This document shows, one piece after another, positions 1 through 10,824 of a stretch of DNA of 64,000 bases (the stretch's first letter is position 1; every line of letters begins with the position of its first letter). The notes under the pieces are model-generated. The model did not search any database. It saw nothing but the letters and a program-made list of their open reading frames with translations, and was not told the origin of the DNA. This DNA is from Octopus vulgaris (taxonomy: Eukaryota), in the NCBI GenBank assembly GCA_951406725.2, contig OX597819.1:59582001-59646000 (forward strand), given 5' to 3'. The position numbers and the translations under genes are program-made.

Positions 1-300
1 CACTCTTCTTTCCACCACAATCTCCTGCAGACAGTGCAGATTGGTTCTTCTCAGAACTTCAGAGTTTGTGATTCTGTCTCTGTGAGTGATCTTGAATATT
101 CTACACCAATATGTAGCGCAAGCAGGAAGTTTGGTACTCCAGTTGCCCATGAAATAGCATGCTTCCTTGAAGTGCCATCAATGTCGGGGAAGTGGAACCT
201 AGATTTTGTCATTCTATTATATGATTTTATTACCATGATAACCCAAAACAGAAAGGCACTGTTACTTAAAAATTTAAAGGAAAGGAGCACCACATGTGGT
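1..300 (-). mobile_element. Degenerate RTE-type LINE ORF2 fragment
   Basis: Minus strand reads [34 protein letters not shown]; same family as 31310-32130. Confidence 0.65.
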
Positions 301-351
301 CAGTGAGTCACCAGCCACAATGTATATACAATGCATCAGGATACATACACA

Positions 352-392
<41 letters not shown>

Positions 393-530
393 ATGTATAT
401 ATTGATAGATATCTGGCTAGCTAGCAAGATAGATAGATAGATATAAATATAGGTAGATACATACACACATATATATACATATTTGTTTTAATCCCTTTTT
501 TCCTCTTATACACACACACACATATATATA

Positions 531-1212
531 CAGAGTGCAGTGAATAAACTGGTATCTAAATTACGCAAAATCTCCTGCAACCCTTCTGAATGGCCTCCTT
601 GTTTAAGTTGGTGACTGCTGCCATAATCCTGGCCTTCAATTGATCTTTGGTGTTACAAGGAGTTTTGCTTATCTCTCACTAAACTGTGCCCTACACATAA
701 TAATCAAGGGGATTGCAGTCTGGGGAGTTAGGTGGCCAGATGTTAGGGGTTCTGCTGCTTGTGTGGCATGATGCAGAGTCCTGTTACTATACATAGGGTC
801 TTCCTGCAGCCACCCTCTTGATCCAGAACAGCACTACCTCTTCCATGCACTTGATGTAGGCCTCTGTGTCGAGTTTGAGGTTGTGTGGGAAGATGAATGT
901 TGGTACAACATCACCATCACTAGTGATCATTCCATACAGCATGATGCTGACTGGATGTTTGATTTTTATCACTCTTGGTACATGTCCTCAGATTGACATC
1001 CAAACACTCTGAAATGTTCGTATTGGAGCTTCCAGCATGAATGTCAAGCAGTACAGCATGTCATTTCCAGATTTCTAGCAGTGCTGTTTTTCTCACAGAT
1101 GGTGCCCAACTGACCCTACTATGCTGTGTAGTTGACAAAATCAAAAACAAACAATGCATATGCACGAAATTAAAAATATAAAACGGCGACAATTTATCCA
1201 TCACACCCTGTA
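531..1212 (-). mobile_element. Degenerate Tc1/mariner (maT/DD37D-like) DNA transposon
   Basis: Minus: KHPVSIM..G.ITSDGDV..FIF..YV*QQDSASCH..WPPNSPDCNPLDYYV; imperfect TIRs flanked by TA. Confidence 0.8.
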
Positions 1213-1457
1213 TATACATATACATACAGAATGTACATACACATGCATACACACACACACACACAATATTTATGTATGTATGTGCATGTGTGTGTGTGTG
1301 CACTTCTACTCTACTACACTATATCTGTCCATTAAACATCCAACACACGTTTTCAACACTGCTAATAAGAGTACTGTACTGTGATAAAAATATACGACAT
1401 TTATTTCATAAAACAATGTTTGCTTATAGCTGTAACATTTAGCTTATCTAATTTCAG

Positions 1458-1517
1458 TGTTCACGAATGGCACGAATACTATAGAGTATATTCAACTCCT
1501 AAATATTTGTCTCATCT
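1458..1517 (+). CDS. Candidate exon of unidentified upstream gene (VHEWHEYYRVYSTPKYLSHL)
   Basis: atttcag|...CT|gtaaag, phase 2-2, non-repeat sequence. Confidence 0.35.
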
Positions 1518-3029
1518 GTAAAGTGCAGTTCACATTTCATTGCCTCAACGGCATTGAAATAGTTAGTCTGTACCTGGAGTAAAACAGAAAACTGTTTTTT
1601 GAAGAGAGGATGGGTGGAGCAGAGAGATAGTGTGAGAAAAGAGAGAGGGGGAGGGGAAGCTAGACAGAGAAAAAGAGACAGTAAGACCATGACTGCGAGA
1701 AGAAGAGGGTGGTTGCAATAAGCTGAAGGAAAGAGAAAGAGGGAGAGGTGGAGGTGGAGTAGTGGTGTGAGTGAGTCCTTGTCTTCAGTTGAATAATTAT
1801 CGTTTGGAAAAATTTGATTGGGTTAATGTGAAACTATTTCACTGTTTTTGTAGCCTCTTAATTTAATTCTAGATATTATAATTGTGAGCATTTATTTTAG
1901 ATATAAACCTTCTTCATTATTGTAGCTGACATTTATATTCTCTTTATCTCTTTCACACACACTCACACACTTACACATACATGTACCCTCACTTACATTT
2001 TTATGTTTGATGTCTATATTAACCAATACTTTGTGAATAGAATTTGGCGAGATAAAGTCTGTGCAGAAGCCTGTCTCATACGTACACATGTACTCACACG
2101 CATACACGTGTCTACGCAGATATACACATGTATCCACAAAGCACATCTGCCTGTACATACATGTGCACACACACACACGCACACTCAATGCATGCACACA
2201 AACACACGCACAGGCACGCACACACACACACACACACACTCTCTCTCTCTCTCTCAATGCATGCACACAAACACACACATGCACACAAACACACATACAC
2301 TCAACAGCATGCACACAAATGTGAGCACGCACACACACACACACACACAACAAACAACATGCATATGGTGGCAGTGGTCATTGCAGTGATGATGATGATG
2401 ATGATGATTTCTGTTGAAATACACTACTTTTTGTTTCAATTAATTCTTGAAAGTAATTGATAACTTACTGAAATAATTTTATCATTATCAAACTAGCAGT
2501 TGAAGCATAAATTAGCAGGAAATTTTATTGGAAGCTTTCAATGTCGATAATTTCTATACATAAACCAAAAGCATGGCTGTGTGATAAGAAGCTTGCTTAC
2601 CAACCAAAAGGCTCCGAGTTCAGTCCCATTGTGTGACACCTTGGGCAAGTGTCTTCTACTATAGCCTTGACCAACCAAAGCCTTGTGAGTAGATCCGAGA
2701 GAGCAGGAGCAATGTGAAATGAAATTTCTTGCTCAAGAACATAGTGCACCATCCAGCCCAGGAATTTAAACCATGAGTGCAAAGCCATAACCAGTAGGCA
2801 ATGGCCTTCACTTCACATGTGAAAGGTTGTGAATTAAGAGAAAAAGGAGTCCTTTGGGGCATCCTATGGGACGACCTAGATAGAGATAGGTAGGAGTCCT
2901 TTAATTAGTTACCATACTGCGATATCCAAGAGAAGAAAGTTAGGCAGTATCTAAAGTGTCCTTCTTGTCTAAGAAGGAAACTTGGCTGCTATTTCTAGCA
3001 GGCCAAATGACTAGGTAGGGCTTCCCTTA

Positions 3030-3490
3030 TTCTTTTCTACTCTAGGCACAAGGCCCGAAATTTTTGGGGAGGGGCCCAGTTGATTAGATCAACTTTAGTA
3101 TGCAACCAGTACTTAATTTATTGACCCCAAAAGGATGAAAGGCAAAGTCAACCGCAGTGGAATTTGAACTCAGAACATAAAAACAGATGAAATACTGCCA
3201 AGCATTTTGCCTGGTGTGCTAATGATTCTGCCATCTTGCTGCCTTACAATGTGAAATATATTCTTTTCTACACTAGGCACAAGGCCCAAAATTTGGGGGA
3301 AGGGGGCCAGTCGATTAGATCAACCCTAGTATGCAACCGGTACTTAATTTATTGACACCCTAAAGGATGAAAGGCAAAGTCAACCTCAGTGGAATTTGAA
3401 CTCAGAACATAAAGACAGACGAAATACTGCTAAGCATTTCACCCGGCTAAGTGAAATACCACTAAGCGTTTCTGCCAGCTCACCATCTTA
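3030..3490 (-). mobile_element. Two adjacent tRNA-derived SINEs (family A, Nin-type central domain)
   Basis: rc of aaggcggcgagctggcagaa...gagttcaaattcc..gactttgcctttcatcctttcggggtcgataaattaagtacc; further copies near 7631, 8270, 18767, 26790, 26971, 28120, 36560, 36865, 39691, 45119, 47010, 47676, 48714, 61523. Confidence 0.85.
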
Positions 3491-3657
3491 TTATCTCGTG
3501 TATGAGATAATTAGCAGGTTGTCCAAGTAACTGGCAAATCTATCAAGGATCTCCAATTTTTGTTGGAGTACTGTTTTGCTGTCAAGAACCATGTATTTTG
3601 TTATGTCTCTTCTCTGTGGCCTGCATACCTCTTGAAGTCCTAAGTAAAATGCTGTGT

Positions 3658-3975
3658 AGGCGCAGGAGTGGCTGTGTGGTAAGAAGCTTGCTTCCCAACC
3701 ATATAGTTAGGGGATCAGTCCCACTGCATGGCACCTTAGGCAAGCATTTTCTAGTATAGCCTCGGACTGACCAAAGCTTTGTAAGTGGATTTGGTAGACG
3801 GAAACTGAAAGAAGCCCATCATATATCATCATCATCATCCTTTAACATGCGCTTTCCATGCTAGCATGGGTTGGACGATTTGAGTGAGGACTAGCGAACC
3901 AGATGGCTGCGCCAGGCTCCAATCTGATCTGGCAGAGTTTCTATAGTTTGATGCCCTTCCTAACGCCAACCACTC

Positions 3976-4016
<41 letters not shown>

Positions 4017-4245
4017 TGTATGTGTGTATGTATGTATGAATTGATGTGTCTGTGTTTGTCCCCCCACCATCGCTTGACAACCAATATTGGTGTGTTTACG
4101 TACCTGTAACTTAGCAGTTCAGCATAAGAGACCGATAGAATAAGTACTAGGCTTACAAAGAATAAGTCCTTGGATCCATTTGTTTGGCTAAAGGTGGTGC
4201 TCCAGCATGGCTGCAGTCAAATGACTGAAACAAATAAAAGAGTAA
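3658..4245 (+). mobile_element. tRNA-derived SINE family B, interrupted by an RTE 3' end at ~3827-3976
   Basis: ggcgcaggagtggctgtgtggtaag...ccttaggcaag...gactgaaacaa; other copies near 13645, 25592, 26255, 38440, 47222, 48548, 53732, 55727. Confidence 0.8.
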
Positions 4246-4267
4246 AATGCTGTTAACAGTAAATCAG

Positions 4268-4326
4268 AATAACTGGATCAATTTCTCTCCAATATTTGTG
4301 TATGACTCGGAGATCATGGACGCATG
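4268..4326 (+). CDS. Candidate exon of upstream gene (ITGSISLQYLCMTRRSWTH)
   Basis: aatcag|...G|gtatgt, phase 2-1; another frame/acceptor is also open. Confidence 0.4.
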
Positions 4327-5238
4327 GTATGTGAAATGAAAAGGCTGAGCTAAGAAGTTCAATCAGAATTAAACATTTGATTGACACATCTCTACATGGC
4401 AAATAACAATGCCTACACCACGCCACCACTACCACCACCATTTTTGGTATATATGTGTTGTGTGTATGTATGCATGTCCTTACATCAGTATTTGTTTGTG
4501 TATCTGTGTGTGTGTATACATTCAGATACGTGTGTGTGTGTGTAGTGCAGGTTACTCTTAGTGCTGCTGGTAACATATAACACAGTACAACCTGTCACAT
4601 GAATGGTCCATCAGTGAATAGACCAGAAGCTCTACACCTTTTGCTTGGTAAGGAAGATGGTTTACATTGGACACCCTACAGGATGAAAAGCAAAAGCTGT
4701 CAAAGGGCAAATGATCTCATTAGAGTCAACAGCCATCCAACAGCTGGGTGTGAGAGATTCCTAGTCTTTGTTTAGGCATCTCTCTAAGAAAAGGCAATTC
4801 CAAAATGGAGGAGGTGGTGGTGGTGGTGGCAGCAGCTGTGGTCTACCCTGAATAAGTAAATATATGATTAAAGCCAGTCCAGTTATGGTCATTCTATCTT
4901 TCTCCCTTGGATGACATATAAGCCAATGCATTTTCCTTTTCCATGACAGTGAAATGATGAGTTCAAAGGAGATTTTATAGTTATTTCTTGCAAATTAAGT
5001 GACTGCATGGAGACTCACCCACTGCCTCATATTTTTCTGTTGTTGTTTTCTAAGGTAAGTCGAACATAGTCAAGTCATTTCATATTTTTCTCTAAAAAAA
5101 TCTCAGAATAGAGCTGAATGTAGGTCATTGTTAAGGAAGAATGAACAAGTATTGGTTTTATTCTAACTCAGTGACAGAAAAAAGTATTTCACATTTACAA
5201 ATAGACTTCCATATTTTTATATTTTTAATTTATACAAG

Positions 5239-5299
5239 AAAGTTGTCATACCTTTATATATCCATCTCCATTTATGCACAGAAGTTTGTTGAAGATAAG
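5239..5299 (+). CDS. Candidate exon of upstream gene (ESCHTFIYPSPFMHRSLLKI)
   Basis: atacaag|...AG|gtacga, phase 1-2. Confidence 0.4.
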
Positions 5300-6326
5300 G
5301 TACGAAATCAGTACATGTTTGGTGATTGATTCAACACATTATAGAATTTAATTCAATTCATCATGCTTTGTCTTGAGATCAAATTCTACCAGGATCAGTG
5401 CTGTTTTTTTTTTTTATCCTCTAAGTTTTTATTAAAATAGTATTACTAATGTATCTGGAGTCATTTAGGTGTTTGTACATTCCAACTGTATGTGTTGCAC
5501 AGCTGAATAGTTAAGAATTTTGCTTTGCAATCACAAGGTCTCTAGTTCAATCTCAAGCAAGTGTCATTTTCTAATCTTTTGAGTGACACCAGTTACATGG
5601 AAACTGGCAAAGTCTATCAAATGGATTATACTTGTAATTCAAAGGTTCAGCCTTATCACCCTGTGTCACCCTGATTCTACTTGAGAATTACATTAAGGGG
5701 ACACGTGTCTTTGTGATACTCAGCCACTTACATACTGATTCAATAAGTGTGGTTGTTCAGTTGATCAAACAACTGGAAACTCTTTGCCAGAAATTCTGAT
5801 TAATTTTTGTTAGAACCCACTTACAAAAATTAGCTTTACAACAAAGTAACTTATACAGTTCTATATTTAAGAAATGAGGAATTGTGTACATTATTTACAT
5901 TTGACGGATATTTGTCCTCATCTTGTTTGTTGTTCCTGCAGGTTGACCATAATGTCAATGGATAAACGTCACCAAAGCCATCACCAAAAAGGGCTACAAA
6001 TTATATTTTTCTGTTTTTATTCCAATGTTATTTTTATACTGATATTATTTTTAATTTTATTATTTTAGTCATTGCCCTGTGGCCATGTTAGAGCACTGGA
6101 TTCTATGACTTCAGTTGATTAACATTGACTCAGTAGTACTTTGGTACTCGTTTCATTGGCTTTGAGAGCCAGAAAAAGATAAAATTGACCTTGGCATAAA
6201 GGGATGTAACTGGGTGCAACACAATACCACAAAGCCTTTTATTGTCTCTTTGCCACATATTGCCAATACACAAGCACAAACATATAGGTCTGCATGCATA
6301 TATATATATATATATATATATAACAT

Positions 6327-7582
6327 GACACTTGTGTAGACCTGTTGAGGCAAGTGAAAATCAAAATCAAATCAAATCAAATCAAACCAAATCAAAATAG
6401 ATGAACATCAATGGAATTTGTATCTTTGTGGTACCAGTACCGGTGGCACACAAGAAAACCATCCGAACGTGGCCGTAGCCAGTACCGCATCGACTGGCCT
6501 CTGTGATGTGGGCACATAACAAACACCATCCGATCGTGGCCGTCCGCCAGCCTCATCTGGCACCTGTGTCGGTGGCACATAAAAACACCAACCGAAGACC
6601 CGGCAAGACTAGTCAGGCCATAACCCATGGCCCCTACTTGGGACGTAGTCAGTCCACCTGTGCATACCTTCCTTCCTTCTTGTGACACTTGTGAAGACCT
6701 GTGAAGACCTGTTGAGGCAAGTGAAAATCAAATCAAATCAAATCAAAATAGATGAACATCAATGGAATTTGTATCTTGTGGTACCAGTGCCGGTGGCACA
6801 CAAGAAAACCATCCGAACGTGGCCGTAGCCAGTACCGCATCGACTGGCCTCCGTGCTGTGGGCACGCAACAAACACCATCCGATCGTGGCCGTTCGCCAG
6901 CCTCATCTGGCACCTGTGTCGGTGGCACATAAAAACACCATCCGAAGACCCGGCAAGACTAGTCAGGCCATAACCCGTGGCCCCTACCTGGGACGTAGTC
7001 AGTCCACCTGTGCATACCTTCCTTCTTGTGACACTTGTGAAGACCTATTGAGGCAAGTGAAAATCAAATCAAATCAAAACAAATCAAAATAGATGAACAT
7101 CAATGGAATTTGTATCTTTGTGGTACCAGTGCCGGTGGTACCAGTGCCGGTGGCACACAAGAAAATCATCCGAACGTGGCCGTAGCCAGTACCGCATAGA
7201 CTGGCCTCCGTGCTTTGGGGACGTAACAAACACCATCCGATCGTGGCCGTCCGCCAGCCTCATCTGGCACCTGTGTCAGTGGCACATAAAAACACCATCC
7301 GAGCGTGGCCGTCTGCCAGCCTCGTCTGGCACCTGTGTCGGTGGCACATAAAAACACCATCCGAGCGTGGCCGTTCGCCAGCCTAGTCTGGCACCTGTGT
7401 CGGTGGCACATAAAATCACCCACTACACTCGGAGTGGTTGGCGTTAGGAAGGGCATCCAGCTGTAGAAACACTGCCAGATCTGACTGGCCTGGTGCAGCC
7501 TTCGGGCTCCCCAGACCCCAGTTGAACCGTCCAACCCATGCTAGCATGGAAAACGGACGCTAAATGATGATGATGATGATGA
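6327..7582 (+). mobile_element. RTE LINE 3' end with head-to-tail triplication of a ~350-bp 3'UTR unit and a (GAT)n tail
   Basis: Three near-identical units starting gacacttgtg(a/t)agacct at ~6327, ~6684, ~7030, then the standard tail ggttggcgttaggaagggcatcc...gatgatgat. Confidence 0.85.
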
Positions 7583-7630
7583 TTTACACACACACATACA
7601 CAGAGAAGAGGATATATATATATATCCTCT

Positions 7631-7862
7631 AAAGGCGGCGAGCTGGTAGAAACGTTAGCACGCCGGGCGAAATTCGTAGCCGTATTTCGTCTGTCGTTAC
7701 GTTCCGAGTTCAAATTCCGCCGAGGTCGACTTTGCCTTTCATCCTTTCGGGGTCGATAAATTAAGTACCAGTTACGCACTGGGGTCGATGTAGTCGACTT
7801 AATCCCTTTGTCTGTCCTTGTTTGTCCCCTCTGTGTTTAGCCCCTTGTGGGTAGTAAAGAAA
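7631..7862 (+). mobile_element. Young full-length family A SINE
   Basis: Intact CpGs; A/B-box-like head gagctggtagaaacgttag / gagttcaaattcc. Confidence 0.85.
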
Positions 7863-8199
7863 TATATATATATATATATATGCATACAATGTGAGTGTAT
7901 GAATGTATTTATATATGTTTCATAGACATCTGGCAGGATTCCACATAGTTCTCATCTACCAAATTTCTCTGAAGATGTTTTGGCTGACCCAAGGCTATGA
8001 CCATGAATGCTGCTGTCTTCCAGACTAAAACATAAACAAAGAAATTACATATATATGATTCATTTTGAGTTTGTAAATAATTTAGCTTCAACTTCAGTAT
8101 TTTTATAATAGCATATTTTATTAATTCTGTTGTATTTGGCAATGTAAAGGTATCTCGGTATATACTGCTTAACATCAAATTTATATCTAGTCTCAGAAA

Positions 8200-9010
8200 T
8201 CCATGAAGAAACTAAAGCTTTCGCATTTGATATCAGCAAAGTCTTAAACCATCAATATTGTCATATTGGTTTCAGACTTCGGCACAAAGCCAACAAATTT
8301 GGGAAAGGAGTAAGTTGATTACATCAACCCCAGTACTCAACTGGTACTTATTTCATTGACTCCCAAAAGATAAAAGGCAAAGTCGACCCTGGGCAGAATT
8401 TGAACTCAGAATGTAAAGATGGTTGAAATGCCACTAAGCATTTTGCCCAGCATGTTAATGATTCTGCCAGTTTGTCACCCTCATCAACATCTATTTTTCC
8501 ATACTTGCATAGGCCAGACAAAATTAATTAAGGCAAACCTTCTATGGGTAAATGTTCTTGTGATCAACCTTCACCTGTTGCCAAGCAGTGTAAAATATTT
8601 ATCTCCAACAGCCTTCCCATGAAGCCTTATATTCTAAACCTTTGTCAATATTGAAAGGAGGAGATCAAACTTTCTATGTAGTTTGTTTGGCCAACTTCCA
8701 TTCACCAAACACATAACCATAAAGACACACACATGCTGAATCCCCACTTCTGCTTTTCTCTCTTCTTTTTTTTTTTTAGTTTAGGTACAACAGTCTCTAC
8801 TCCTTTGAACAACAAGCTTTGGATTTTTCCCACCTAAGTCCACCTGCTTCACCTGTTGCTCCTTTGTGCATCCTTGTTGTGACTCATCACCAAAGCCCCA
8901 GACTAAATCTTCGTCAAACGTGCAGTCTTATGGAACTCCCTCTCTTTATGCTTTTCATACAGATATCATCCAACAAAAATTAAAATGGAATTTACTATAT
9001 CGATCTCACC
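8200..9010 (+). mobile_element. Highly decayed CR1/L2-group LINE RT fragments (interrupted by a SINE)
   Basis: HEETKAFAFDISKV (~VALDISKAFD) at ~8202; LWNSL-like C-terminal motif at ~8927. Confidence 0.5.
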
Positions 9011-9648
9011 ACTTTCAGGAGTCCAACAAAAGTTGAGCACATTGTCCCTTCTTGAATTTAAAAAAAAAAAATGAAATTTATACTCGTATATTAAACCTTC
9101 GTTGTATATATTAAACCTCACCAATTATACCTATATACAACTTCAGATCAATGAAGAGGCCGCTATACGGTCGTTTGATCTGGTAGAAATAGCAGCCGAA
9201 TCTCCCACAAATCCATCCTACCATCTCTGATTAACACGTTACAAAACAACGTCCACGATGCACTAATCCAGTAAGATTAAAAAAAGTGATGGCCGCAGCT
9301 TCAAAGCCTTACATTGTATGTATTTTATTCAGGATTAGTGTATGGTCAAACAATTTCTGGTCAAAGGAGGGTAACAGATTAGGTTCGGCGATTCAGTTAA
9401 ATGATTAAAGGAGGACAAGGACGGCGGTGGCAGCGCTAGTGTAGGTGACAAAGACACGTTCTTATACATGTGTGTCAAAGAAAATTTGTGTGTATACACA
9501 CACACACATATATATATATATTTATATACACACACATATACATTCATACACACATATATACATTCGTACACACACACACACATATCATTTGATTTGATTT
9601 TTGATTTTTCCCGTTTCAGCTCATGAGCTGTGGCCATGCTGGGGCACC

Positions 9649-9684
<36 letters not shown>

Positions 9685-9841
9685 TATATGCATGAATGTT
9701 TGTTGTGTGTGTTTTACCTATTATTAGTACAAGCTCATCCCCGAAGACCGGATACTTTGATTAGTTTGAGTCATATTTTTAGGACTTTCACCTTTCATTA
9801 TTGCAGTCTGTAACGGTGTTTTTGTTTATTTATCTTTTTAG

Positions 9842-9959
9842 GAGCGGGAAGCCGTCGAAATATGAAGACATTGAGGAGTGCTGTCTACACACTACACCAA
9901 CAAAGTGTCTCACTAAGCATCTATTTGGGAATTCATCTAACCATATGGAACCGATCTAG
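9842..9959 (+). CDS. Candidate terminal exon of upstream gene (SGKPSKYEDIEECCLHTTPTKCLTKHLFGNSSNHMEPI*)
   Basis: Strong acceptor ttatctttttag|, TAG at 9957-9959, AATAAA at 10033. Confidence 0.5.
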
Positions 9960-10384
9960 ATATTGTGTAGTATTTTATTCAGTGCTTTACTATTCTGGTT
10001 TCAAATGTTATCTAAACGTTTTCCTTTTAAATAATAAATACTAGTAATATACGCTTCATTTGCGTACACCCACACTTAGCAACATTTATATTATTCGGTG
10101 AAGTTTCCCCTCGTCGAAAAGTTAGAATTCTCTTCTTACATACGGCATGAGATCTATTCTGTATTGTGAACTAATTTATGGCGACACAATCCATCTCCTG
10201 TCACTTCGAACTTTGATATTTTTTTTTCTTTTATAACATTACCCTCCTGGTAGTTCAAAGAAGTAACGTGTCCTCTGAACAATAAAAAAACCAGTGACTA
10301 ATTGTTTCTATGTTATGTTATGCATAATTATCTGTATGTGTATAGATAAACACACACACACACATATATATATAAATAAATAAA

Positions 10385-10565
10385 TGTGTGTATATATGTC
10401 TATGTGTGTGCATCTTTCATTTTATCAGCCGGTTTATATATATGAATGTGTGTATGAGTGTTCATCTTTCGTTTTATCAGCCGGTTCATATATATATATA
10501 TGAATGTGTGTATATATGTCTATATGTGTGTGTGAGCATGCATCTTTCGTTTTATCAGCCGGTTC
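10385..10565. repeat. Three-copy ~50-75 bp minisatellite upstream of the MTBP promoter
   Basis: catctttc(a/g)ttttatcagccggtt three times, with (TG)/(TA) spacers. Confidence 0.8.
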
Positions 10566-10599
10566 GTGTAAACAAAAACAATCGTTGCTTTGTTGACCT

Positions 10600-10745
10600 G
10601 ACTAGACTAAAATGAACGATCCGTTCAAAGTTCAAACGAGACAGCTTGTTTTTGTTTATGACATGTCTGTTGCTAGGCCAGAACGAGGCTGTGGCGCCAA
10701 TTTCGGTTGTCATGTTCATCAAGCACTGAATCTAACGTTTTAAAC
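10600..10745 (+). promoter_or_regulatory. Putative MTBP promoter/5'UTR with E2F-like and CHR-like motifs
   Basis: GGCGCCAA (rc TTGGCGCC) at 10693-10700; TTCAAA (rc CHR TTTGAA) at 10624 and 10631; CpG-containing region just upstream of exon 1. Confidence 0.4.
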
Positions 10746-10824
10746 ATGGTAACTGCAAATCAAATGACTATGGATGTAGTTAGACACTGTTTGTATGTCA
10801 CAAATCTAACTCGACTAAAGAACG
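10746..10824 (+). CDS. MTBP: MTBP exon 1 ([26 protein letters not shown]; start could be ATG 10746, 10764 or 10770)
   Basis: ATG-open frame ending G|gtcagt (phase 1); VRHCLYV resembles N-terminal DRYLLLV; follows a CpG-containing promoter-like region. Confidence 0.6.

Noticed and set aside
1892-2460. Long HT/CV/YI-rich ORFs here and at 13800-14260 and 33600-34260
   Set aside because: Translations of (CA)n/(TA)n microsatellites
1499-4391. Minus-strand two-exon peptide (4391-4274 + 1573-1499) with ELMO-domain-like spacing FH..KYWREIDP..YFN
   Set aside because: Needs a weak donor (gttatt) and overlaps better-supported + strand candidate exons; probably an antisense shadow
6700-6770. Hammerhead ribozyme at CTGTTGAGGCAAGTGAAA
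   Set aside because: Core has A6-to-U, the cleavage-site base would be G, and stems I/III do not pair; better explained as the hairpin reported above
7130-7420. CRISPR array
   Set aside because: Eukaryotic context, no cas genes, and the spacers are related to each other; these are retrotransposon UTR modules
6392-7779. Many ORFs sharing WMPFLTPTT / [11 protein letters not shown] / WLALGRASS peptides across the window
   Set aside because: Frames of the RTE 3'UTR repeat, not genes
8000-10300. Head-to-head MRPL13 as in human
   Set aside because: No MRPL13-like peptide found on the minus strand
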